Of a DNA stretch of 64,000 bases, positions 40,502-50,284 are shown in pieces. Under the pieces are notes generated by a model. That model searched no databases. It saw nothing but the letters and a program-made list of their open reading frames with translations, and was not told where the DNA came from. Each line of letters starts with the position of its first letter. Within the stretch, counting starts at the first letter, position 1. The stretch lies in NCBI GenBank assembly GCA_964567555.1, contig CAZMNA010000003.1, positions 18,882 to 82,881 on the forward strand, given 5' to 3'. The position numbers were made by a program, and so were the translations under genes. The DNA is from an uncultured Candidatus Saccharibacteria bacterium. GTDB taxonomy: Bacteria; Patescibacteriota; Saccharimonadia; Saccharimonadales; UBA10212.

Positions 40502-41304
40502 TTCCGCTGATAAAATGGGAATTTAAACAGCGCCGGCTGTCCTCCATATTCTGGGCGCTCGGTACTAGTTTTTACGTACTGCTCGTGGACTCAGTCTTTA
40601 AAAGTTTTGTTAACAGCCAAACGGTAAACTTTGCCCGCACTGTTCAAAACCTGCCGTCTACCGTCAAATCTTTCATTTCCGTAACAGATAGTTTTAACAC
40701 TCCCGCCGGCTTCCTAAGTTCAGAACCCTACTACGTGGTGCTGCCGATAATTTTTATCGTCATGGCGATAAGCCTTGGAGGCTCGTTACTAGCCAGCGAA
40801 GAGTCTTCCGGAACACTGGAGCTTATCTTGTCGCGGCCCGTCAGTCGCGGCCGGCTGCTGGCGGGCAAGGCCCTTAGCGGGCTAGGCCTGCTACTAGCCG
40901 TCGATATAGCCGCGGCGGCGGCCATGACCCTCTTCACCACTTTGTTCCGTATACATATCGCCATCAAACTTATATGGGAAATGCACCTAATGTTATTGTT
41001 GCTAGCTTTAGTCTTTGGCTCTTTGGCTTTTGCCATCACGGCGGTGGGGCGGGCGGGCCGCTCGGCCGCGCTCGGCATTACCATGCTACTGGCGATTGGC
41101 GGCTACGTACTAACCTCGCTAGAGGGCGCCATTCATTGGCTTGTTTGGCCGGCTAAACTCCTGCCTTATCACTACTACCAGCCCAGCCAAATTCTAAATG
41201 GCACGTTCACGGTCTGGCCGGCTATATGCTTTAGCGTCATCACTATTGCGCTAATAATTCTGGCGTTCATTAGCTTCCGCCGCCGGGACCTCGCCGGCAG
41301 TTAA
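40498..41304 (+). CDS. ABC-2 family permease
   Basis: Six TM helices, coupled to the upstream ATPase. Confidence 0.7.
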   Translation: MIPLIKWEFKQRRLSSIFWALGTSFYVLLVDSVFKSFVNSQTVNFARTVQNLPSTVKSFISVTDSFNTPAGFLSSEPYYVVLPIIFIVMAISLGGSLLASEESSGTLELILSRPVSRGRLLAGKALSGLGLLLAVDIAAAAAMTLFTTLFRIHIAIKLIWEMHLMLLLLALVFGSLAFAITAVGRAGRSAALGITMLLAIGGYVLTSLEGAIHWLVWPAKLLPYHYYQPSQILNGTFTVWPAICFSVITIALIILAFISFRRRDLAGS

Positions 41305-41678
41305 GCCGCTTCAGATTTGGATTCTTCAAACGCTTTGTCTATAAGCTCGCCGCGTCTTTGCCAGCCAATCAAATCCTGGCCCGCAGATTGTCCGTCAACA
41401 TATTCCACGTCCAAAAGCTTTATCATGGAGCGCACAAACCCCTCATCTACGGGATCGGCGATGCCTAGGCCGGTAAGGTCGTACCTCATCCGCGCACGTG
41501 CTGAGTCCAGCTTGCGGACTTCGTCGCTGTGGTGGGGTTCAGACCCATCGCCTTCGGCAATCGCCTGTCTAAAAGGCGCTTGCATCTCAGCGATTATTTC
41601 GTCAACCCTGCGTAAGTTATATACTAGCGGGCTTTCTATCTCACCGTGCTTTGGCATACTGTTTGGGCCGTAACTCAT
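41301..41678 (-). CDS. hypothetical protein (125 aa)
   Basis: ORF only. Confidence 0.4.
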   Translation of the reverse strand: MSYGPNSMPKHGEIESPLVYNLRRVDEIIAEMQAPFRQAIAEGDGSEPHHSDEVRKLDSARARMRYDLTGLGIADPVDEGFVRSMIKLLDVEYVDGQSAGQDLIGWQRRGELIDKAFEESKSEAA

Positions 41679-41798
41679 AAAATATATAATCTACCAAAGT
41701 CTAAAAAATACAAGCCCCGGACCTATAGTTTCATGAGAAAGTGAATCCACTATGCGGTAGCTAAGCTTATGCTTGCATTTTGTATCTGTTAATTCATA

Positions 41799-42251
41799 AT
41801 GTTCGGCATGTCCGCACCAAATGCAGAGACTTCAACTGGAATAATCATCCCATCAATGGAGGAGATTTTAGATGCATTTGAAAACCATCGGCACTCTTCC
41901 ATAAGAGTTCTGGGCAGATTGGGGATATATTACGGCCCATTCAATGGCTATGACATAGAACGCTCGCGTTTCGTGGGAATGACATTTGTGCCGGGAGCGC
42001 CGGTAGAACAGCTAAGCCGGGCATCGGCTCCATGGCAAAACACAGAGCCACCTATTCCATTTATGGACGACGCTGAAATTCCGGTCAGAGTTCTTAGGCC
42101 CATAGATGTCGAAGGTGAACCTGCTATAGGTATCCGGGGCATTACAGAAACAAAGCGTCCATATCTTTACAGACGTGCGGATGTCACGGTATCCGCCTTC
42201 CGCCGCGACGGCCATTCTTTCAGGATAGAGCCACACGATAAAGCCGTCTAG
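41799..42251 (+). CDS. hypothetical protein (150 aa)
   Basis: ORF only. Confidence 0.4.
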   Translation: MFGMSAPNAETSTGIIIPSMEEILDAFENHRHSSIRVLGRLGIYYGPFNGYDIERSRFVGMTFVPGAPVEQLSRASAPWQNTEPPIPFMDDAEIPVRVLRPIDVEGEPAIGIRGITETKRPYLYRRADVTVSAFRRDGHSFRIEPHDKAV

Positions 42252-42380
42252 GACTTATCTAAATAGGGTTATAATTCGACTGATCAAGGAGAGATATATG
42301 CCGAACCCGATAAAGTCCAATCATTGATAAGAATAAGACTTTCCCGGCGAGAAGCTATATAATTTAGCAAAAGGGAGTTT

Positions 42381-42734
42381 ATGGCTAAGACCCAGGACGG
42401 TAGTGATAGCGAACTCGCTAAGCGCTGGAAGAAACAAGCAGCAATTGATCTACGTGCCGGCGAGCCGGCACCAGAAGCGGCGGAGGCACTTGCAGACAGC
42501 GATGCTCGCTATAGAGAAGCTGTAGCCCCATACCGAGAGGCCCGTTGGGCCCGACTCCCTTTGGAGACTGATGATACACACAACGGAGTAGATCTGGTAT
42601 CATTGCCGCCCGCTGAAAATCTGCAATTAGCTAGACGTAATGTCGCAAATGCATTTTCAGATGATGGATCGGTATCTTGCGAAACTACACCACAAACCCC
42701 CGGTGCGAGCGATCAGGAAAGCCTGACTTCCTAA
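42381..42734 (+). CDS. hypothetical protein (117 aa)
   Basis: GGAG RBS upstream; ORF only. Confidence 0.4.
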   Translation: MAKTQDGSDSELAKRWKKQAAIDLRAGEPAPEAAEALADSDARYREAVAPYREARWARLPLETDDTHNGVDLVSLPPAENLQLARRNVANAFSDDGSVSCETTPQTPGASDQESLTS

Positions 42735-42778
42735 AATCCCATCCAATTCTTAAGTAGATTCAAGCACCCAAAAGCCAG

Positions 42779-43276
42779 CTAAGCGGCGGTGTCGTCAATG
42801 CCATGGACTAATTGCTGGCGAGAATACTGCACGGCGGCGCCAACAGCGGCCGTTTCAGCCGCTAGAGCGTCTAAGGCATTGCCCGGGATCTGGCTCGGTT
42901 CAAAAATACCCATCATGTCATGCAGACTGCCGTGATGTAGAATCCCAGTAATAACTACCGATTGGCCTGCTTCTGCCATTGCGTCCAAGGCCAATCCGCC
43001 TACTAACGCGGCGCCAAGTTTACCGCGAAAAGTCTCCGCTTTAGACCTAGTCATATTGGCCATCGCGCCTAAGTAGCCTACCAAAAAGTGCCTGCCGCTA
43101 TCCTGGAAAAACTCAAATAAACGATTGGTGTGGTCAAGCCAATGGTTAGCCTCTGCCGCGGTGGATAAACCCCCAGCCGCCGCCAGCGCGATGACAGCTG
43201 CAGCAATTTCTCGCCTGCGGCTGATTGTATCCTCACCCACGTAAGGCGCTTCAACCGCCTCAGCGAATTCAGTCAT
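42779..43276 (-). CDS. hypothetical Ala-rich protein (165 aa)
   Basis: ORF only. Confidence 0.4.
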   Translation of the reverse strand: MTEFAEAVEAPYVGEDTISRRREIAAAVIALAAAGGLSTAAEANHWLDHTNRLFEFFQDSGRHFLVGYLGAMANMTRSKAETFRGKLGAALVGGLALDAMAEAGQSVVITGILHHGSLHDMMGIFEPSQIPGNALDALAAETAAVGAAVQYSRQQLVHGIDDTAA

Positions 43277-43323
43277 TTCGTTAGATTATACAAGCTCGTT
43301 TTATAAGTGAGATAATAAAAGTT

Positions 43324-44532
43324 ATGGAACGTCCTTTGGCGGAGCGGATGCGGCCGACCAAACTATCAGATGTGGTGGGGCAGGAGCAAATTGTTGGCAA
43401 AGGCAAGCTGATTAGCGAGCTAGTAAGCGCCGGCAAGCCTTTTAGTTTAATTTTTTGGGGGCCGCCGGGTAGCGGCAAAACTACGCTGGCACGCATTATC
43501 GCCAATGAGATGAATGCTGATTTTATAGAAATTAGCGCCGTCAACGCCGGCAAGGCCGATGTTACCAAGGTTGTCGAGCGGGCAAGGGGCAACGAGCAGG
43601 GCAGCACCATCGACAAGCCAAAGCAAACCGTTCTGTTTGTCGATGAGATCCATCGTTTCAATAAAGCCCAGCAGGATGCCTTTTTGCCTCACGTAGAGTC
43701 CGGTCTTATCACCCTCATTGGCGCCACAACCGAGAATCCCAGTTTTGAAGTCATCACGCCGCTTTTATCCCGCAGCCGGGTGGTGGTGCTGGAGCCGCTC
43801 GCCAAAAAAGATTTGATCGCAGTTTTAAAGCGCGCGGCCAATCCGCCAGCTGGCGGAGAAAAAATTACAGCCAAGCGCCTGCCGGCCGCCAGCTTGGACT
43901 TGCTGGCAGAACTTTCCGGCGGCGATGCCCGTATTGCGCTCGGCAATTTGGAGCTAGCCAACCAGCTGGCTGGCAAGGGCGCTATCACTAAAGATGTCGT
44001 CCAGCAGGCCGCCCAAAAGCGTATTCCGGGTTACGACAAAACTGGGGAAATGCACTACAACATCATTAGCGCTTTTATAAAATCTATGCGTGGCGGCGAC
44101 GGCTCAGCTGCGCTTTATTACATGGCCCGCATGCTACAGGCTGGGGAAGATCCAAAGTTTATTGCCCGGCGGATGGTAGTTTTTGCTTCTGAGGATATTG
44201 GCATGGCCGCGCCGGCCGCGCTAAATATTGCCGTCTCCACTTTTTTGGCGGTAGAACGAATTGGTTTGCCGGAATGTCAGATTAATTTGTCGCACTGCGT
44301 AACTGTACTAGCCCGTGCGCCAAAATCGCGAGAGTCTTACAATGCTTGGGGAAAAGCCCAAGCTGCCGCGCGAGACTATCCTGATGCGCCGGTGCCGCTG
44401 CACCTGCGAAACGCCCCAACCAAGCTGATGAAAGATCTAGGCTACGGCAAAGGTACCAAGTGGGAAAGTGGTTTTAAGCATCCCAAGGGGTTTCTCCCGG
44501 AAGAACTTGCTGACACAGATTTCTTTAATTGA
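43324..44532 (+). CDS. rarA: replication-associated recombination protein A (AAA+ ATPase)
   Basis: GPPGSGKTTLARIIA Walker A, VLFVDEIHRFNKAQQD and the MgsA C-terminal domain. Confidence 0.85.
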   Translation: MERPLAERMRPTKLSDVVGQEQIVGKGKLISELVSAGKPFSLIFWGPPGSGKTTLARIIANEMNADFIEISAVNAGKADVTKVVERARGNEQGSTIDKPKQTVLFVDEIHRFNKAQQDAFLPHVESGLITLIGATTENPSFEVITPLLSRSRVVVLEPLAKKDLIAVLKRAANPPAGGEKITAKRLPAASLDLLAELSGGDARIALGNLELANQLAGKGAITKDVVQQAAQKRIPGYDKTGEMHYNIISAFIKSMRGGDGSAALYYMARMLQAGEDPKFIARRMVVFASEDIGMAAPAALNIAVSTFLAVERIGLPECQINLSHCVTVLARAPKSRESYNAWGKAQAAARDYPDAPVPLHLRNAPTKLMKDLGYGKGTKWESGFKHPKGFLPEELADTDFFN

Positions 44533-44566
44533 TTAATGGATATAGAAAGCGCTGTATATTGTAAAT

Positions 44567-44869
44567 ATGAACATTCCAGAGAGTGTCCCTAACGATACTA
44601 GGACTTCAGGCGAGCTAGCAGAGGATTGGGCTGATCTGGAATTGGTAGATTTCTATAGGGAGTGGGGTCTTCTAGAGGTTCCAGCCGATAAAGAATATAG
44701 CGGCAAGTTCGTTCTTGGCACTATTAGGGCAGCCTTTGCCCACGGGCTGCGTAAAGGCTCGGCGGAGCCTGAAGCAACTCGGGAATACCTAGAAGCTTAT
44801 TCCGCCGAAAAACGCCGATGCCCGGACCCAGTTTTATTTAATTTCGCTGACGACAGCAGCAACTACTAG
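44567..44869 (+). CDS. hypothetical protein (100 aa)
   Basis: ORF only. Confidence 0.4.
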   Translation: MNIPESVPNDTRTSGELAEDWADLELVDFYREWGLLEVPADKEYSGKFVLGTIRAAFAHGLRKGSAEPEATREYLEAYSAEKRRCPDPVLFNFADDSSNY

Positions 44870-45412
44870 CACTATTAGTGCTGATGCTCCAACTAAAAAG
44901 CTAACAAGCTGTATGATCCATGCCGCTCTACTGGAACCTTCTTGGGTGTTAGATAGCGCAGCCAATGCAGCATTTTCTTTATCAACAGGATTTTGCATCG
45001 TTCCTATCACCTTGAGTGCATCAACTGCTTTCTCTCGATTTTTATACCAGAAACGTCGTTCTGAAATAAAATGGATAACTCCAGTCAGGAGTGAAATGCC
45101 CAATCCAGCAACAGAAACGATTAAAAACAATGCGGCTATAATGCCTATACTATTGGTTCCTCTATTTACTGCAACTCCACCAATAATTGCTAGAACAGCT
45201 GAAGAAATAAGAATTATTTGTAGCGCCACCTTTTCTTCAGCTTGGTTGCCCTGTGAAGTAAAGTCTTTTATAGATTCGACCAGGGCCTGGGTATTTGTAA
45301 TGGGCCGTTGCGGCATAGCTACGGGCAGCTGTAGCTGAATACTCGGGATATTCTGCTGTTGTGCGATTGGGGGTGGTAGCGGTGATGGAGGGTCCTGTTT
45401 ATTATCATCCAT
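44834..45412 (-). CDS. membrane protein with a Pro/Gln-rich N-terminus (192 aa)
   Basis: Three TM helices. Repeat copy 1 lies ~75 bp upstream of its start. Confidence 0.45.
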   Translation of the reverse strand: MDDNKQDPPSPLPPPIAQQQNIPSIQLQLPVAMPQRPITNTQALVESIKDFTSQGNQAEEKVALQIILISSAVLAIIGGVAVNRGTNSIGIIAALFLIVSVAGLGISLLTGVIHFISERRFWYKNREKAVDALKVIGTMQNPVDKENAALAALSNTQEGSSRAAWIIQLVSFLVGASALIVLVVAAVVSEIK

Positions 45413-45483
45413 AATTCAAGCATGGCACGCACTATATACGGATGCAAGCATAAGCACGCGCAAAATAAGCGGGCCGGGATATG

Positions 45484-45516
45484 TATAAAGAACGCACGCG
45501 CGTGGGGTGAAACAGG
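45484..45516 (+). repeat. intergenic repeat copy 1 (TATAAAG-AACGCACGCGCGTGGGGTGaAACAG)
   Basis: Near-identical to copies at 46262, 47345 and 48114. Contains the 10-bp perfect palindrome CACGCGCGTG. Confidence 0.8.
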
Positions 45517-45556
45517 GGGCGTATGCTTGCTTTTTCCATAATTTGTTAGAAAATAG

Positions 45557-46246
45557 TTGTTAATGAGTTTTCATGAGCGAATAGCCTCACCAGAGTATTG
45601 GGAGAGTCCCAGCTCATTGCCCGAGGTTCCAATTGGCGCAAAAGTTTTAGATGGGTTTTTTGGCGCGCATTTATTGGCGACGCATGGAGCTGTGAAGGTA
45701 ATGGAGTTGTATAGAAAAGCTAGGGTTTCGGGCCATATAGCAGAGGCGGTTCCGTTCGGGGAAGAACTGCCGCTTCTAGAAAGGGGGGAGGGGTTATTAA
45801 GGGTCGTTGAGGATAGTATAAATCTTGGACCGCCCAGACGGCGGGACTTTCACTTGTATAAGAATGGTGAAGAAACATTTGAACGCCGGGCCGCTCAGAT
45901 TCAAGCCAACAGGCTATATAGTGGTGAGTCCGCTCGTATGATTGTGGACTACGAGGACGAACGCCAAGCAAGAATTTGGAGGACTGTAACTTATATGACC
46001 GGTTCTAGAAGTGGCCATATGCTCGAAGGAGTAATGAGCGACCTGTTGGATCGACGGCCTGCCGATATTCTGATGCTTGATCAACTGCCACCGATCGTAG
46101 TGGGTGAGCCGTACAAATGGAATCTTGGTGGGGATATGTCTAAAGTGATTGCCGCAGACATATTAATTCCAGGTGGAGGAAAGAAGAAAAAACTGCCAAA
46201 GCTAGCAAAAGTTAGCCCGTCCCCTAGACTAGTAGCAAGTTTTTAA
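45557..46246 (+). CDS. hypothetical protein (229 aa)
   Basis: ORF only, flanked by repeat copies 1 and 2. Confidence 0.45.
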   Translation: MLMSFHERIASPEYWESPSSLPEVPIGAKVLDGFFGAHLLATHGAVKVMELYRKARVSGHIAEAVPFGEELPLLERGEGLLRVVEDSINLGPPRRRDFHLYKNGEETFERRAAQIQANRLYSGESARMIVDYEDERQARIWRTVTYMTGSRSGHMLEGVMSDLLDRRPADILMLDQLPPIVVGEPYKWNLGGDMSKVIAADILIPGGGKKKKLPKLAKVSPSPRLVASF

Positions 46247-46261
46247 AAGCGGGCGGTGTTA

Positions 46262-46297
46262 TAGTGAAAGAACGCACGCGCGTGGGGTGGAACAGAT
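46262..46297 (+). repeat. intergenic repeat copy 2
   Basis: ATAGTGAAAGAACGCACGCGCGTGGGGTGGAACAGAT; sits between two convergent genes. Confidence 0.8.
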
Positions 46298-46310
46298 AGA
46301 AATTGGGCCG

Positions 46311-46694
46311 CTAGAGCAGGCCGGCTTTGATAAGTTGAGGAAAGATTTCTTTCGTGAAGTTCGGCGTTACTTTTGTGTTGCCAAATTCAATATCCTGCCT
46401 GGAGAACCAACCGATTTTTGTAATTTCCTTGCTGACGGTTGCAGGCTCGCCAACAACATCTACTAAAAAGTATTTAGCTGTCGGCGTGTAGTCGTGTGAT
46501 ACTTGGCTGAAAAGTTTTGCTTTATTAATTTTCACTCCGAGCTCTTCTGCCAACTCCCGGCGGAGGGCTTGTTGGTAGTCCTCGCCCGCGTTTAATCGCC
46601 CGCCAGGGGTCCAGTACAGTCCCAGCTCGTCATTTGAAACCAGCAAAATTCTTTTATCTCTAATTATCAATGCGCCAGCACGCCTAGCTTTCAT
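46311..46694 (-). CDS. NUDIX hydrolase (127 aa)
   Basis: Nudix box GGRLNAGEDYQQALRRELAEELGV. Confidence 0.7.
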   Translation of the reverse strand: MKARRAGALIIRDKRILLVSNDELGLYWTPGGRLNAGEDYQQALRRELAEELGVKINKAKLFSQVSHDYTPTAKYFLVDVVGEPATVSKEITKIGWFSRQDIEFGNTKVTPNFTKEIFPQLIKAGLL

Positions 46695-46719
46695 AAATCG
46701 GATTATACGCCCAAGATTA

Positions 46720-47274
46720 TTAGCTTAATAAGCTTAATTGAATCGCTTCCGGGGAGTAATCACTCGGGAATCCCAGTTCATGTAGTTGTTGGGGTGTGAG
46801 TTCAGCCAATGCTCTTAGATAAACCTCCACGCTTTCTTCTACATGATCGAGCTCTTCTAGCGGCTCGTCCCTTCGTTGACTTTCTTCCCAGCGTTCACAA
46901 GAACTACGGCTAGTTTGCATGCCGCTCATTCCCAGGGGGCGTTTTCCGTCTGTCCGAATGTGAGGCGCGACACTCTCGTCGTTGCTGCCGGGGTTCTGTA
47001 CCTGAATGGATAGATATACCGTGAAATCCTGGCCTTCTACTACACCCGCCAAGGGAACCTCAGGTGTTATGTGCCAATCTCTCCCATAGCTCTCTTGCGG
47101 CTTAAGCAGTGGCCTTACTTTATCAATCATCCTATTAAAGCGCACGACATAGCCTAATTCCCCTACGCCTTCAATCCGCTTTGCAGGCTCGTCTTTTACC
47201 TTACTATACTCAACCGCATGCCGGTCACCTTCGTAAAAATGAAAGCCAGCAGCAATTAAGTTCTCTTTGTCCAT
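46720..47274 (-). CDS. hypothetical protein (184 aa)
   Basis: ORF only. Repeat copy 3 lies ~88 bp upstream of its start. Confidence 0.45.
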   Translation of the reverse strand: MDKENLIAAGFHFYEGDRHAVEYSKVKDEPAKRIEGVGELGYVVRFNRMIDKVRPLLKPQESYGRDWHITPEVPLAGVVEGQDFTVYLSIQVQNPGSNDESVAPHIRTDGKRPLGMSGMQTSRSSCERWEESQRRDEPLEELDHVEESVEVYLRALAELTPQQLHELGFPSDYSPEAIQLSLLS

Positions 47275-47344
47275 TCGGGATATTATAAACTCTTATTGCA
47301 AAAAATCAATAATCCCTACGTCCGACAGCTCTGAAGAACCCCCA

Positions 47345-47389
47345 GGCGGGTTATATATATAAAAGGCGCGCGCGTGGGGTGGAACAGAT
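47345..47389 (+). repeat. intergenic repeat copy 3
   Basis: GGCGGGTTATATATATAAAAGGCGCGCGCGTGGGGTGGAACAGAT. Confidence 0.8.
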
Positions 47390-47506
47390 GGGGTCTATTG
47401 AATTTCATAGGGATAGGCCAAATCGGGGCAAGCGTGACCGAAAAGCTAGTTTTGTGTTAATGGAGAGCGAAGTGATCGTACTAAGTGTCTTCGGAAAATG
47501 CCCGCT

Positions 47507-48064
47507 TCAAAATGCATTGCGGGATCCATGAAATTTTCCTCCATCTATGGTAACTATTCTGGCCTCTCGCCTCCCGCTGTCGCCAATAATTCTGCTTGCT
47601 CTAACCAAGTATTGGCGAGCTGGATCATCCATCCTGCCCCCACCAGCAATTAATTCGAATTCCTCGCTTAAGCGGTCCTTGATACCTGATGCAACCCCTG
47701 CAACACCATGCATGGCTCGATCAGACAGAACAACATGCTTACCTATAGCAATATCAAAGAGGTGTCGCAATGCGGTGCCACCGACTCTTGCCACAGTGGA
47801 AAGGTTGCGCCTCGTATTTTCTTCTGTCGGCGCTCTATAAGATTCCAAATCTCGTAATGCCGCCAGAATCGCCAGATCAGAAAGAGCATTTTCGTCGTCT
47901 TGCGTCCTCATCCAGCGAAGTATGTTGTCAGAATCTGGGGCAATGCCACTAATCCAAAGTCGTCGTATACGCGGCATTTCAACTTGTCTCACAGCATCTG
48001 CAAAATTCCACAAGGACGCGCTTAAAGCTGGCAACTCATGTTGGTCTAATGGCATAACTGCCAA
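47507..48064 (-). CDS. hypothetical protein (185 aa)
   Basis: ORF only. Repeat copy 4 lies ~64 bp upstream of its start. Confidence 0.45.
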   Translation of the reverse strand: MAVMPLDQHELPALSASLWNFADAVRQVEMPRIRRLWISGIAPDSDNILRWMRTQDDENALSDLAILAALRDLESYRAPTEENTRRNLSTVARVGGTALRHLFDIAIGKHVVLSDRAMHGVAGVASGIKDRLSEEFELIAGGGRMDDPARQYLVRASRIIGDSGRREARIVTIDGGKFHGSRNAF

Positions 48065-48113
48065 AAGATAACAATTTAGAGGTTATAGTGCAAGCATGAG
48101 CAGGGTAAAGAGC

Positions 48114-48150
48114 ATATATAAGGAACGTGTGCGCGTGGGGTGGAACAGAT
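48114..48150 (+). repeat. intergenic repeat copy 4
   Basis: ATATATAAGGAACGTGTGCGCGTGGGGTGGAACAGAT. Confidence 0.8.
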
Positions 48151-48173
48151 AACCCATGCTACTAGTGGAAAAT

Positions 48174-49403
48174 TTAATTTTCTACAAAGGTCAGGGCATG
48201 GCCTGGGCGGCCGGCGCGGCCGGCGCGGCCAATGCGGTGCACGTAATCGTCGTAGGTCTGCGGCTGGTCAAAATTAATAACGTGAGTTATGTCCTTGACG
48301 TCTATGCCGCGGGCAGCAACATCCGTTGCCACCAGGATGTTTAGGTTGTTAAGCCTAAAAGCATCCAGCGCCCGCTTGCGGGCACCTTGGCTTTTGCCGC
48401 CGTGTAGGGCCGCGGTTTTAAAGCCGCGGGCGTTTAGCTCTTTGCTTAGCCGTTCTACCCCATATTTAGTTTTGCCGAAGATAAGCGCCTTTTTGGTATC
48501 TCCGGCGATGAGCGCATTATGGAGCCTGTCCATTTTCTCCGTCTTGCCGGAAAACTTCACCACGGCTTGGTGGACGTTACTGCTAGTCTCGCCAGCTTTG
48601 ACGTTCACAAACTCCGGGTTGTGGCAGAAGGAATCTATGAGGTTTTTGATAGCTGGGCTTACCGTGGCACTAAAGAAGAAGGCCTGGTGTTCTTTTGGCA
48701 AAAGCTGCAGTATGTGACGCACATCTGGCAAAAAGCCCATGTCCAGCATCCTGTCCACCTCATCCAAAACCACCGTGTGGCAGTTGCTCAAGTTAAGGGT
48801 CTGCTGCTGCAGGTGATCCTTGATACGCCCAGGAGTACCAATAAGCAGCCGCGCACCGTTTTTAAGAGCCGTTTTTTGGCGACCCATAGGCATACCACCA
48901 ATGAGTAGGGCAGAACTAATACCGCTACTTCGTCCAAGCAAGTGGCACTGCTCTTCTATTTGTATGGCCAGCTCGCGCGTGGGTGCCACAATTAAAGCTT
49001 GGCTGCCGCTTGTATGCATCAGTTTATTTAAGACAGGCAGGGCGAACGCGGCGGTCTTGCCGGTACCCGTATCTGCAACTCCCACAACGTTTCGGCCGGC
49101 TAGGCCTAGGGCTATAGTTTTATCCTGGATTTCTGATGGGCTCATATAGCCTTTGGCCGTCACGTTGCTTTTAAGCAGGGGGTGCATGACAAAATCGGCA
49201 AAATCATGACCAGATTTATAATCTGCTGATTCGCCAGGGTTGGCTATTTTTACAAAGCGCGCCGGATCAATTGTCTGGCCGCCGCGGGAACGCGGCTTAG
49301 ACGAGAAGTGGCGCCTAGGCCCAGAACTATACGGTCTTTGGCTACCATAACTTTTATAACCTGGACGCCGCGGCGCGTGGTTGAATGAACTATTTTGATA
49401 CAT
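48174..49403 (-). CDS. DEAD-box ATP-dependent RNA helicase with an Arg/Gly/Ser-rich C-terminal tail
   Basis: Q-motif, AxTGTGKT, DEVD (DEAD variant), SAT and HRIGRAGRAG motifs. Confidence 0.9.
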   Translation of the reverse strand: MYQNSSFNHAPRRPGYKSYGSQRPYSSGPRRHFSSKPRSRGGQTIDPARFVKIANPGESADYKSGHDFADFVMHPLLKSNVTAKGYMSPSEIQDKTIALGLAGRNVVGVADTGTGKTAAFALPVLNKLMHTSGSQALIVAPTRELAIQIEEQCHLLGRSSGISSALLIGGMPMGRQKTALKNGARLLIGTPGRIKDHLQQQTLNLSNCHTVVLDEVDRMLDMGFLPDVRHILQLLPKEHQAFFFSATVSPAIKNLIDSFCHNPEFVNVKAGETSSNVHQAVVKFSGKTEKMDRLHNALIAGDTKKALIFGKTKYGVERLSKELNARGFKTAALHGGKSQGARKRALDAFRLNNLNILVATDVAARGIDVKDITHVINFDQPQTYDDYVHRIGRAGRAGRPGHALTFVEN

Positions 49404-49566
49404 TAAAAAAGAATCCTGTCTAACTTAGTTTTACTCTGATTGCTGCAAAAAGCCTGGAGTAAAACTGGGTAAACCCGGATTCTTGAACAATTAACACAAT
49501 ATTAACATAAAAATTATAGTTTTACCAGCATCTTGGAGCATGGGACAAAGAACACGCTCAAAAAGT

Positions 49567-50007
49567 TTATGGTTTGGCGATGTGAAAGTTGCTGACGTTG
49601 TCGCCAGTTACGCGGCCTGACGAATCGCTAGTAAAGGTATATAGCGGCATGCCTTTGTAGACATACTGCATAGAACCGTCCGAACGGGTAATAACGGTTA
49701 CGTTTGTGGGCAAAGAGGTTGTTTTAGTAGCTTGGTAAATGGGCCAGGTGTAAAGACAAGAGTCGCTGCAGTTGCTAACGCCGCTACTATCTGCGCCGTA
49801 AGTGTAAAGCGCGTTGCCATTGGCATCCGCCAAGTATGAGCCTACGCCCGAAGCTGTCTTGGTTTGGATTATCGCCCCAGAACTAATGGGAGACTGGTTG
49901 CCTGAAGTGCTGCTAGAAGGGGTTTTTGTGGGCGATTTATGAAATATGGCGTAAGCGCCAACGGCTATAAGTATGATTACTATAATTGCAGCTGCTGATC
50001 TCTTCAT
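49567..50007 (-). CDS. secreted/lipoprotein of the Lipoprotein_15 (COG4315) repeat family
   Basis: Signal peptide MKRSAAAIIVIIL.. after an AAGGAG RBS. Two LYTF..D..G.S.C...C...WP repeats. The ORF track's start at 50166 is too early. Confidence 0.65.
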   Translation of the reverse strand: MKRSAAAIIVIILIAVGAYAIFHKSPTKTPSSSTSGNQSPISSGAIIQTKTASGVGSYLADANGNALYTYGADSSGVSNCSDSCLYTWPIYQATKTTSLPTNVTVITRSDGSMQYVYKGMPLYTFTSDSSGRVTGDNVSNFHIAKP

Positions 50008-50284
50008 GATGAGCTCCTTAATTGGTGCATTAATTATAGCAGTGTCTGTTGGCCTAGCTGCGGCGGCGGAGATTGCTACCAAGCCAACAACGTACAAGGA
50101 CAAAATCGCCAGGGGTCTGGGCCCATCCGTAGCCACTGGCGCCACGGCTACAAACCATAGAATCATCCCCGCAAGCTCTACCTGCTTTTAAATATGGCAA
50201 AGATCGCCCGCTTAAGGACAAAAGCCCTATCAATAAATGGCCTAGAATGGCCTGTTATAATGGTTGAGTAATTTGACAACTAAA

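Noticed and set aside
45484-48150. CRISPR array or integron attC interpretation of the four repeats
   Set aside because: The ~800-1100 bp spacing with full genes in between is not CRISPR-like. There are no cas genes, no intI, no GTTRRRY/RYYYAAC cores and no attC-like extended imperfect symmetry.
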